From positions 5,022,001-5,086,000 of the forward strand of contig NC_135257.1 of assembly GCF_964204865.1 (NCBI RefSeq): DNA of 64,000 bases. The letters run 5' to 3'. Made by a program: the position numbers and the translations under genes. Shown here one piece after another: positions 35,263 to 47,500 of this stretch. Position 1 is the stretch's first letter. The number at the start of each line of letters is the position of its first letter. Under the pieces are notes generated by a model. That model was not told where the DNA came from. It saw only the letters and a list, made by a program, of their open reading frames with translations, and ran no database searches. The stretch comes from Styela clava. Lineage: Eukaryota.

Positions 35263-37140
35263 GGGCTCCATTTGCCAAACTTCGTAAAAAGCCGGGTTTA
35301 CGAGCACGTAACCTTGTCTCTCAAAAACGCAGTTACGAAATCTCTTTAGGTGCGATTCACGGAACATCTCGTAAAAACTTTACGCAAGGTCACGCAAGTT
35401 CTCTCGAAATCTAGGGCACGGTCGTCGTGGAACAAAAACCACCGTACGATCAATCAACCGTATCACTCACTGCCGCTAGCCGCCCGACGCGGAGCCGCGG
35501 ATAAGCCTATTTTGCGATGATCTCTGTTTTACATTTTGCAGCCTGTGATTTAATGTTTGGGGAATATAGCAGTAAACTATGGATGAATAAAGTAAATTCT
35601 GAGATACATATTGTTAAACTACTTGTGTAACAGACAATAAAATAGATGAATATGTAATCCCATATTTGATGTTAGTACGGTGTTAGTTGGCATATCGTCA
35701 CGCTAATAACCGAATTGCGTAAGTCATTTTTAGCAATTTTGAGAAAAACGTAAAAAACTTCCTAATGATATTGTTATGCCATTGAGAGTCAATAATTTGC
35801 CATGGTTCAATTTTTTGATCGTAGCCGGATTTAAGTTAATTTGTATGACGCAGTTAAGTGACGTCATAATGGCGCACTGTGACTTAGGCAGAAATGTGTC
35901 TATGACTTGGGGACATACGCAATTTTGCAACTTTACTATATGCACCAGTCCTGAAAACTAAACATTCCAAAAACGAATGTAATTCTCAGTATCTACAATG
36001 TCTAATCCAGAAAATAGCTAATCAGTTTCAATTACATTATTTTTAAGTTTAAAAATATATATTTCATCAATATAACACGTTCTGCACACCCACCGAAATA
36101 AGACTAAGATTAAATATAAAGAATAAAACAGCAATGCACCCAATATAAAAGCCAACCAAGGTGAATTGGACTCGGACAGTGAATATCACAAGTGCACGTC
36201 CTCCTATACTGTAGTGTAAATTTAAATTAATACGCGCTAAGCTAAAATCCGAGATGCAAAAACTCGAAAATACTTCGCCGAGGTTATTTTGCCTTTGTGA
36301 CGTCACAATAGTCCTGCGGTAACAATGATAATTCATTATGACGAAACAATTGCACAAATGTGCATGTCATACTAAATCTCCATTTTTATGGGTTTCGGAA
36401 TTCTTAAAATAAAATCTGAGTTAACAGACAGGTGCGCAGCATTACATAAATACCTATTTTATAAAAAACTCAAAATCGCCAAAAATGACTTACGCAATTC
36501 GGTTATTAGCGTGACCATATATAGGTGGGTCCACAGCTACTAGACTACAGTCACAGACAATAAAATAGATGAATATGTAATTCCATATTTGATGTAGTAC
36601 GGTGTTAGTTGGCATATATAGGTGGGTCCACAGCTACTAGACTACAATCACTCTTACCTACGTTAGGCATTTAGGGATTTTTGATACCATTTTTCACGAA
36701 GTATGCAAACACCACAGCATTTGTTGGGGTGCATGTCGCACATACTTGTCTTAGTCCAGTAAGGTATTGAACATGTATCCCGTCTTAGTTATACAGTTTA
36801 ATTATTATGTAGATACTGTTACAAATAACACACATACATTTTAACTTGAATTCATACTTGAACAGGCCGAACTACTGTTAACGAGCAAAATTTTCTCCTC
36901 GTTAGTTTGCGAGCCCTCCGGCGCGTTAAAGAACTTTGGTGAATACGTATGTTAGTCGTTGGTGAATACCGATTCTCGGTAAAATGAGAGAAGAAGGCAC
37001 TATACGAGACGTCTGTTTTGGCGAGCAAAAAATTCTCTCGAATATTAACAATACTTCGAGAATACTATTTTTGCTTTTTACGAGAAAGTGGGTGCTTTAC
37101 TAACACGTTAAACGATAAAGAAGTTTGGCGAATGGCGCCC
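35263..37140. mobile_element. PIF/Harbinger-type non-autonomous element
   Basis: TIRs gggctccatttgccaaactt / aagtttggcgaatggcgccc (18/20); 3-bp TSD CTG. Confidence 0.75.
35696..36516. mobile_element. MITE with ~40-bp TIRs inserted at ATAT/TA
   Basis: gtcacgctaataaccgaattgcgtaagtcattttt / aaaaatgacttacgcaattcggttattagcgtgac; the empty site is preserved in the adjacent tandem copy (ggcatatataggtggg, 36611-36626). Confidence 0.88.
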
Positions 37141-37971
37141 CTGGTGTTATAATACAGTAGTGTTTCGGATCGTCGGTGTTACCATTGATGACTTAACATA
37201 TCAATGGTGTTACTGCAGTTGCAATTCGGATCATCTTACAATTTCAATTGAAGCTGGCACAAGGAGATAGGACAGTTTCGGTACCGTGACATAGTACGGT
37301 GACTTACTAGTACACAAATTCAAGTTTTGTATACTAACGTATTAGTTTATATTGATAACAGAAAATAAAATAAGTTTGTATACGCCTAAGAATAACCACG
37401 ATCGAATACCGGTATCAGGCTTACAGGTATGGTATGGTACTGGGGAGTTAAGGCACCGGTACCGGTACCAGACCACAGTGAATTACGCTCTCATCTTTTT
37501 GTTACAGTTTTGCCGTGAATAACGAAAGTATGCTAAGAAAGAAGCATTACAACTTCTCCGATAATTTTTAACATGTGACGTACGAAAGTGCCAAAGAATA
37601 TCAAGTTCATTTACATGTTTGATCTTACTGCATTTGCAGTCAAATTACCTTGTTTCATTTCATTTTTACGCTTGCACAGCTGCTATGTTTATGCTCAACT
37701 TTTTGCTTTTTTTCATTACAGTTCTCCGGTAAACAACATCAATATGCCAATAAAGAAGCATTACAGTGTTTCCAATAGTGTTCAACATGTTATGAAATAT
37801 GGTGGTCGCGGTATTATCAATGCAAAAAAATATTTGCTGGTTTAACAGCGTGATGCAATTATTGTAAATAGCTTTCGTTTATATATTCCCATATATATAT
37901 TTGAGCATTGCTCTCTTGTTATTATGATAATCGGACACGAATTGGGCTATAGATCGCTTTGTTATTATGTT

Positions 37972-38237
37972 GTTGGACACGTAGTGGACATAACGATCGT
38001 TTCAATATTATGTTGTTGTTGTTCTTGTTGTTCTTGTTGTTGTTCTTGTTCTTTGACACGTTTTTAAAAAGTCGCTTTTCTCTTCGAATACTGGACCAAT
38101 TGCTTTGAAATTTTCAGTGGTTGAAGATAAAATTTTTCTCCAGAAGGCTATTACTTTTTTTTTCGCTATGACGTCATCAAAATTATTGCCATTGGGTGGC
38201 GCTACGTGTCCATATATTTGAGCATAGCTCTCTTGTT
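37972..38237 (+). mobile_element. Complete short DINE-1/HINE-like element nested in the microsatellite of an older copy (37931-~38520)
   Basis: subTIRs tggacacgtag 37974-37984 / ctacgtgtcca 38202-38212, hairpin gagc-ata-gctc, end tcttgtt; almost identical to 10122-10351. Confidence 0.78.
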
Positions 38238-39654
38238 GTTGATGATCATGTTAGCATTTTTTTTTCTTCGTCTTGATGTGAAAAATCGCTTTTCTCCTTA
38301 ACTACTGGACCAATTAATTTGAAATTTTAAGTCGTTGAAACGTGCTGCCGCTAGAAAACCATAACTTTTGTTTATTTCAAACATTTCTGTGGGCTCTATG
38401 GGATTTTGTTTTTCACTTTGAAGTTTTGTGTAAATTGTGTGAAATATCGTTAACCATGATATATAAGTGAAAAAACAAGTTGCCACAAAAGTAAGAATTG
38501 AGATAACAATATGACGTCATATAGAAATGAAAAAACTAGTGTATTAATTGAACGTTTTGCTATGAATATTTCCCTGATCCTTGACCCCAGAAAAATTCTC
38601 CCTATACTTTACAATTTACATAACTTAAAATTGTTATTACTATAAAATCACTAAAAAAAATTTGAAACAAATGGGAAGAATTACCTTCCAGCGAATCGTC
38701 TACAAAATTTAACCACTGAGAATTGCAAAGCAAATGGTCCGGTAGGTAATGAGAAAAGGGATTTTTTTCATATAATGACAATACGATCCATATGTCCATT
38801 TAGTGTCTAAAAATTCCACAACTTGTATTCATACAGTCTAAAGCAGAGATGTGCAAATTGAGGCCCCCAGACCAAGAAAAAATTATGCGGCCCGCGGAGA
38901 AGTGCCAATTTTGAATGGCGTGCCCGCGAAACGAGTTTTTAGTTTAGTTAGTACATGAACGCCACTGTTATATTAGTAAAACAAAACTAGCTAGCAAAAT
39001 CCTGTTGCAAAATACACAATGTTGTAAAAAAGTGGTTTCTCACTGAATTTGTTTGAAGTCGGCGTGACAATAATTTTAAATAGCAGTTTTTTTTACAAAA
39101 TTTATGTATTTCAACTCACCATTTCTGCAAGGATCCCTAACAATGCCGTAAGATTATTAACAGAAAGAAACAATATTTTGTGCCTCTCGGAGGCTTCTGG
39201 CACGTATTGCCCCTTTGTTTATCATTCTAGTGGCATTTATAGTGGTATTTTGATTGATAGATTCCAAATTCAAACAATCATGCCCAACTAGGTGAAAACA
39301 CCTTGTGATCTTTAACGAATTCTGGCCTCTCGCCTGGTTACTACTAGATTCAGAGCCGAAAGTATATCCATATATATATAAATATTCGTATATATAAGTG
39401 AAACGATCAATTCTGTATGATGGATATGTCGAAATATATAGTAATTCTTTTATTTAGTTCGCCATTGGGCAATGATTATTAGAGCAGCGCTACCCAACCT
39501 GGGGCCCGTGGCCCCCTCAAGGGGGGTACTAGCAGTTGGTGTGGGCGACAGTACTAAGGGCAAAGATATATTTTAAAGCACTTTCGTTCGCATAATATTT
39601 TTAAAAAGACGTTTCATCACCTGATACGGTCCCATAGAGCCCACTGATATTTTT

Positions 39655-39846
39655 GAAATAAATTAATAAAATAGCCTTCTAGCGAAAAATACAATCTTTA
39701 ACCACTGAAAATTTCAGAGCAAATGGTCCAGTAATCAAAGAGAAAAGCAACTTTTTAGGTATACTACTAGGTGTCCAAAAACGTGTCAAAGAACAAGAAC
39801 AACAACATAATTTTGAAACGATCCATAGGTCCACTACGTGTCCAAT
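39655..39846 (-). mobile_element. DINE-1/HINE-like core, minus orientation
   Basis: aatagccttct..accactgaaaatttcagagcaaatggtccagtaatc..gtccactacgtgtccaa. Confidence 0.7.
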
Positions 39847-41377
39847 AAGTTCCGTTGTACCAAACAGCATAACAAACGATACTGGAAACTAATCAACCCG
39901 TAATTTACACAATTTATTCATATTCTCGCATACATCACCTTTTACTCCTAAATTTTCGAAAATTTATCTGATTAGTTAAATAAAAGATGGTCGATTTTAT
40001 GGGTAACAAATATAAATCTCAATTCAAAATGTGAAAAATACCCCGAAAACATCATGCAATATTTTATTTGTTATTGTTGCTTTATCATGTTGACAACGTG
40101 TAAACGCACGTATCTGATATTGATGTCACGCACGACTAAGATCGTTTCTATTTTTAACACATGGCCAAACATATCCGCTCTTGGTAATTTTATGACGCGA
40201 CAACAAATATTACAACATTTCTATTAATTCTACTAAAGTTGGGATCACCACAGCTGGGTTATCCATAAGTTATTCCGTATGCTAAAAACAGTATGAACGA
40301 CATAGCCTACAACAAATTGGAAGCAGGGTATATGAAAAAGAACAAAATATCTACTACAGAACGTCATTGGTCAGCTACAAGAAATCAAGCGGAAACATTT
40401 CAAAGCGAATAAAAGCAAACGGGTAATTTTTAATGATGTCATCCTCTAGTCTATTGCATTAGGAAATTTGTGAATCGTGCCGTTACCGCAAGCGAAAAGC
40501 ATTCTCTGTTTCAAAATAAGTGTGGGTGATATGCGTCACATGCCCCATAATGAAGCCACATATGTTTTTTCCACTCGTGAAAAACAATAACATGACGCCA
40601 GGCCATTTCAATACAAATATTCAGTCGCGTTTTACAAATGTGCAAAGTTGCATGTTATTGCGATAGGTTCGCATATCTGGATAATTGCAATAAATTCTGT
40701 ACTTCTAGCATTTTGGGTAAATTATATAGATCATCTGGTCTAGAAGATTCTAGATAGACGTAACCAATTTTTCACACCGCAAAAGTTAACAACGTAATGA
40801 TTTCCCGGAAGCTTGCATCAAAATAATAGTATACTGTAAGTCAAAATGAATGATAGTTTCTGTGTAAAGTTTTTTTTAATTAAGGTCGATGTCAACGCGG
40901 GTTGAAATAGTGCCTGTTCGGGGTTTCGTGAATAGTGAAGGCGAAATTGGGCCCCGCGCCATAAAAAGTAGCTCGTGAATTAAAATGCCTCGTGTTTGCA
41001 GGTTCACCCTTCTTATGTTGAGGTATTTAATATTAAATTTTTAATCAGATCTTAGACCTAAGAGTTAGTATACAAATTTATATATATTTTGGGATGAATT
41101 TGTTTTATTTTGAATAACTTTTTGTTTATGGAAATTTGGCGGGGGAAAAGGAAAAAAGGAAAATCAAATTTTAAAAAGATATAGGAGCTTTATATTACAG
41201 GCATTTGCCTAGAATATCGTCATGTAACCAAAGTAATACCGTCAAATTCAATTAACTGATTCTGTTGGTGAAGAATTAATAAGTATAAAATGAAACTATT
41301 TTCTTTTCATTCTAAAGGATCAGACCTTGTTCTATTTGTGTAGATATACTTTTATAAAGAAACAAAAAATATAAAAA

Positions 41378-41918
41378 ATGAAAGTAGTCGCTATCGTAGC
41401 ATTGGGTTTCTTGGTAACAGCAAAGGAAGTCTTCTCCAAGACCATTGAATGCCAAGTACCAGAATGTCGTAAGTATTATACAAAATAGAGAAACTAAATA
41501 GCGTTGATTTGAAATGACAAATGGTGACAACACTTTTTCTACATTTTCTTCACAAAATGAGGTAAACAGCATTCCACGCTGAATTAAAGCTTATAGAACT
41601 AATCTAAAACTGATAGTAACTATTATTATTCGGAAACGATGATGAGTCGAAAATTTTCATGGTTGCTTATAGGTCTTGAATTCCATGATCACACGGTCAC
41701 AAATATTTTTTTTCTTATTTTATACACTTTCAGCCAAACATCCCGGTGTTTCTGACTGCAACCCAAAATGTGAAGTTAACTGTTTCGCGGATCCATGTTT
41801 CAACTGCAGAGACAACCCAGACGTGATTTGTGTTGCCAACTACTGTGATGGATGCAATGCTTGTTTCTACGAGAAAGGAACTAACAATCCGCTCGATGGC
41901 TGTGACCTAGAACAATAA
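41378..41918 (+). CDS. Small secreted Cys-rich protein (91 aa, 12 Cys), two coding exons
   Basis: Exon 41378-41468 MKVVAIVALGFLVTAKEVFSKTIECQVPEC (signal peptide, donor c|gtaagt); exon 41734-41918 PKHPGVSDCNPKCEVNCFADPCFNCRDNPDVICVANYCDGCNACFYEKGTNNPLDGCDLEQ*. Phases are compatible; AATAAA near 42070. Confidence 0.85.
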
Positions 41919-44332
41919 ATTATTGATATTATGGAAGCTAACAATCTTACAAAGAATTTAAAATATGTCTCATGCAAAGAATATTTTCGCAGGAATATAC
42001 TAAGCATGACTCAAAACCTCTTTCGGAGGCGATTTTATTTTAAAAATTAACAGATTGTATTTTTTGTATAAATAAAAATGTTTCCTGCCTTTTCAGTAAG
42101 TTTAATTAAGCGTCTATTAAATGAACTCTTTTAATCCTTACATGACATATGTGTACAGAGAAATATGATATACAGTCCTACAGTCTGAAGTATAATATAG
42201 TTCGTCTGTGTCACCTTCGTAGAGCGCATGCTCGTTCGAACTGTTTGTTAACTTTTTAGTATAAATTGTTTTTGAAATCTACATATGCTTGAAATGTCTG
42301 TTCTCAGTTATAAACTTATTTTAGGTCTCGCAATAACAGTAGCTTCACTGATAAAACTTGTACTTCGTGCATTTCTATGCTGGTTACAAAACATAGATGT
42401 ATCCATGTCAACGATAATGCAACAGCGGAGGTCCCACTGATATAACATAGGAAGACTGACATTTCTTTAAAAAGTAACTTAATACCAGTTTAAAAAGTTT
42501 AGTATTGTGCATGTTTTGCTTTGAAACCAGCAAAGCAGTGTTTTTAGGATTAATAAATTCAATTTTGGTTTATTGTGTTTTCACTGTTCGGAGGAATAGG
42601 CAACTCACAGAATTTTCAATATTCATTGTATAACAGAAAGCTGTATAACTTCATAATGATTGATTATTGTAATATGAGAATATTTGTAAATCGGTGTTAT
42701 ATTTCAGCTAGAATTCTGTTTAGTGCAAGCACATTTCGTTTGAATCAAACTCTTTTTTATAGCAATGTTCTAGCCAAATCCATACAAGATGCACGCTTCT
42801 TTTTTATTGTCAGTCAGTAGTTTATTTTAAAACCAGTTAAAAACCAGTACTGGTTATCAAGCAGCGGCACCCATAAAGTGAGTCTAACACGAAATTATAA
42901 AGAAGAAAAAGCGAAGAGAGGACTAAAAAGAAAACTAAGTATATGTTATTTAAAAAAAATCCTCGGGGCGATCTGCTATAACCAGCAGTCACTCGCTCCA
43001 ACAAAAGACGACTCCGAACACCACTTACTCGGTAATCATGGAGATAGCAGTAGTGGACTGTTTCTGTGCATTGTATAGCAATGAGCTATAAACGTCTGAT
43101 TGTGTTGGCTCAGGGTTACAGTAAAACACACAGGTTGCTGAGGGTAACCACAACAAGATTACCAACGAATAAACCTTACCTTTATAGTAGGAAGAAATTG
43201 AGGTATCTGAACGTGTTTCTGGACCGAGTGTTTAAGTGTTTCACATAACGTTACAGGAATTATAAAATCAGAGAAGATATGAAATATCAGAATATGTTGA
43301 AGAAATTCCAAAACAGTCATTCAAAACAAAGATAGTATCAAAAGACTTTTGCAAAATGACTACTCAATACAAAACATAGAAAAAAAACTACCGAAGAATC
43401 AAGTAGTCTAAAATTGAGTAAACCAATAAAGCAAAGTTTAGGAATATGTAAAAGATTCCATACCAGGAAATACGTTTACAATGATATTAAAGGTATAATG
43501 ACAATCAAATGAGCAGTTTAGGCTTGACTGCCTGTAAGGGTAATCAACAGAAATGAAGTAAAAATATTAAATATTGGGCCAAGATCTAAAGCAAGCGTCT
43601 TAAAATTTCATTGTGGTTTAATACGACCAAAGGTTCATGAACCATCTCTACCATAAGCAAAGTATATTGCGGAGGGTACGAATAAATACAGGAATACCTG
43701 TTTAATGTCATTTACCCATGCAACTAGCATGGTACACCTTACATAATTTAAAACATTGGCAAAAATGCAATTTAAATGAGGACATGAAACAAACAACTGA
43801 GGAAAAAAAAAGGATTTTTAATCTAGGCAGAGTGGAGCAAGCTAACTGTTTTGCATAAAAATAAAATCCAAGACAAGCAAATTAACTTCAATTATACAAG
43901 TAAAACATACTCACGTAACATCATTTACTCTTTTAACTATGACATGGAATTTTACTTTTTATTATGTAAAGCTACCTCGTCCTGATTCAATTGCATACTA
44001 TTTTTCGATTTCTTTTACCCTTTGGATAAAGCTAACAAAAAAGCAAAAGATTGAAAGAATACGTTGCAGTTTAAACCAATATATAAAAACCGAAGACAAA
44101 TTAATATGCAACTTATTAACATGTTATTCGGAGGGTCACAATAACCTAAAACATTCTTTTTTTGCCAACAGAAAAAGCCGGATTGTCAGAAAAAAATGTA
44201 GGTATTGATTAACTTGTGCCCAAAAATCTTGCGTGATTGGACAATCAGAAAATGAATGTAATAGATCTTCAATTGCATTTCCACAAGATCCACAAAGATT
44301 TAAATTTACCAACTTCAATCCATATAAAACGG

Positions 44333-44533
44333 TGTTGAAAATAATCTTTCGACCTCCCCAACCAGTAACAGCAAAGCACCAAAAGATATAGTAACAGTAA
44401 ACTTTAATACATAACTCGAACACAGCGGAAAAACACACGCAGCCTTAAAAGCAGAAACAAAACGGAAGGGGAGAAAGTAAGCCCAAAGAGGGTTGCCAGA
44501 AATTCCAATTATACGATATACAAAAATATAACA
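44333..44533 (-). repeat. 3' LTR of the copia element
   Basis: tgttgaaaataatc...aatataaca; preceded on the minus strand by the PPT aagtgggag (44542-44534). Confidence 0.97.
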
Positions 44534-44565
44534 CTCCCACTTAATTGAAATTTCTCCGAATTAGG

Positions 44566-47500
44566 CTAAACATTTTTAATGCCCATACAATTACGTAATC
44601 TCTCAAAACGATCCCTAGGAAGACTTTTAGTGAATATATCAGCAAGCATATTTTCAGTAGGACAATATTCAAGTTCAAGAACCCCATTGTCAATTGTCTC
44701 CCTAATAAAATGATAACGTATATCAATATGTTTAGTTCTACCATGCGAAACAGGATTCTTTGCAATATCAATTGCCCCCTGGTTGTCTTCCCTAATAATT
44801 GTGGGATAATTCTGTACCATTCCAAGTTCAGCAAGCAATTTCCTCAGCCAAATAACTTCTTGTGTGGCAGAACTCAATGCAACATATTCTGCCTCTGCAG
44901 TTGATAGAGCAACAATGGGTTGTTTCTTGCTGAGCCAACTAATGGCACCACCGGCAAGCATGAAGAGGTTTCCACTTGTAGAATGTCTATCATCTTGATC
45001 ACCAGCCCAATCTGCATCTGAATATCCCATTAGATCATTTCCAGACTTCACATATTTCAAGCCAAAGTCTGATGTAATTTTCAAGTACTGGAAAATTCTT
45101 TTAACAGCTGTCATGTGTATTTTCGTTGGGCATGAATTAAATTTTGACACAACACTGACAGCATTCGAAATATCAGGACGAGTAGCAATGGCTGCATATA
45201 AGAGACTTCCAACCATTGCTTGATACTTTTTAGGATCAACTTTATCCACATTTCCACCGTCATCCTTTTTTAGCTTTACATTTGTATCCGACGGATTACT
45301 ATAAGGTTTTGAATTTTTCAGACCATACTTTTCTAGCATCCCCAGTATGTACTGCTTCTGGTGTAATTGTATGCAATTATTTTCAGTATCTTGTTCGATG
45401 CTGACCCCCAAACAATAATGAAGCTCACCCAAGTCTTTCATCTTGAATCGAGTAGAAAAACTTTCCTTCAATTTTGTCAGTTCAAACACCGATTCCGCAG
45501 CTATGATAATATCATCCACATACACTGCAACAATTGTTATTGAATCGGTTATACGTACATAAACACAAGGATCAGCAGAACTTTGCAGAAAATCCATGGA
45601 CTTCAAAAACGTACTCAGAACACTATTCCAGCACCGTGGTGACTGCTTAAGTCCATATAATGATTTTTTCAATTTGCATACAAAATCTTCTTTGCCCTGT
45701 GCAACATAGCCTTCAGGTTGCACCATATAAATCTCTTCCTCCAGTTTCCCATTTAGAAATGCAGTTTCAACATCCATTTGATGGATCAACATATTCTTTT
45801 CTAGTGCTACAGCAAGCACAGTTCTGATAGATGAAAATTTGACAACTGGAGAAAAAATTTCATCATAGTCAATGCCATACCTCTGAGTATATCCCTTAGC
45901 GACCAGCCGAGCCTTGAATCTTTCAATTTTGCCATCACTAGTATACATCGTTTTGAATAGCCAACGACACCCAATAGGTTTTCTACCGGCTGGTAATTTT
46001 ACAAGATCCCAAGTTTCATTTTCCATCAAGGATTTGTACTCATTTTCCGCTGCAGTTTTCCATTGTCTTGCACACTCAGAATTCAACGCATCTTCCAGAG
46101 TTTTCGGCTCTGCAATTTGACTAGCAAGATACGCAACATGATATGATTTATCGTGCAAGGCAACATCTACATATTCATCATAGCCAAACCTAATTGGTGG
46201 ATTCACTTGTCGACTAGATCTCCGAGGCATTTCTTCATTTGATTCGTTGACTCCCACTGCATCAATATCTACTTCTATTTCCCTTGGTGCAGATTTTTCA
46301 GCTTTTGTATCGGAACGTTTTACAGTTGTATCAAATTTTCCTTGACCAAAATCACTTTCATTGAATACAACATCTCTCCGAATAAAAACCTTTCCAGTTC
46401 CTTCCACCAGTAGTCTGTAACCTTTTGACCGCAAATCGTAGCCAACGAATCTCAATTTTTCAGCTTTTTTATCCAGCTTTTTCCGCCTACAATCTGGTAC
46501 ATGAGCATAAGCCACACATCCAAAAACACGAAAATGACTTACATTCGGCTTTCTTCCATACCAAAGTTCGTAAGGCGATCTGTTTCCCTTGATGGCAGAT
46601 GTCGGCACCCGATTTCTAATATATGCTGCTGCGTAGACAGCTTCAGCCCATATTCCCTTTTTCATTCCGGCATAGCATATCATTGATCTTGCCGACTCCA
46701 TCAACGTTCTATTCATCCTCTCCGCCACACCATTCTGAGCCGGTGTGTGAGCAACTGACAGTTCATGTTTTATGCCCCCTTTCCGCAAATATGCTTCAAA
46801 ATTCTTTGAGACGTATTCACCACCATTATCAGTTCTCAAAGTTCCAATTTTAACACCAGCATTATTTGTCATCAGGGTTTCAAATTCTTTGAACTTGTCA
46901 AATACCTCATATTTGTGCTCCATGAAATAAACCGCACAAAACCGTGAGTAATCATCAATAAAAGTGACAAAATACCTTCGTCCGCCAATTGACTCGACTT
47001 CCATTGGCCCACAAACGTCACTGTGTATAAGTTGAAGTTTCCGTGTAGACCGAATTTCACCAACCGCCCTAAGCGGCTTTCGTTGAATTTTTCCCTCTAC
47101 ACAAGCTTCACAAAATGACAGTTTTGCATCATCTGGAATTTTCACATTCAAAACATGGCCTTTCCGTACAGCTTCCTTTAATTGCTGACCACCAAGATGA
47201 CCCAATCTTTGATGCCATAAATCCAGATCAGATTTCTTTCCGTCAACCAGCATTCCCTTATGTTTCAGGTTTGGTCGACAATTTAACTGATACAATTTTC
47301 CATTCAATGTTCCCATTCCACGTACAATTCCATTTTCACCGTAGATCCAGCAAGTCGACCGATCAAATTTCAAGATATTTCCTTTGCTTGCTGCTGAATG
47401 TACTGAAAACAGATTACACGCCAGTTTCGGAACATACAGAACGTCATATAAAGTACTTCGCTTCGACTTTTTTCCGTGAAACAGCATCACAAGGTGAACA

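Larger units (their letters stand above)
34923..37920 (+). mobile_element. Long DINE-1/HINE-like copy expanded by nested insertions
   Basis: 5' ttggacacgtagtggacatgacgatcg plus core at 34923-35130; ggtaccggta-rich central region ~37280-37490; 3' atatttgagcattgctctcttgtt at ~37897-37920. Pairing of the two ends is inferred. Confidence 0.6.

Noticed and set aside
31736-39540. Isolated hAT-like termini at ~31736, ~32632, ~38844 and ~39485
   Set aside because: Single ends with no identifiable partner TIR or TSD, so boundaries cannot be supported.
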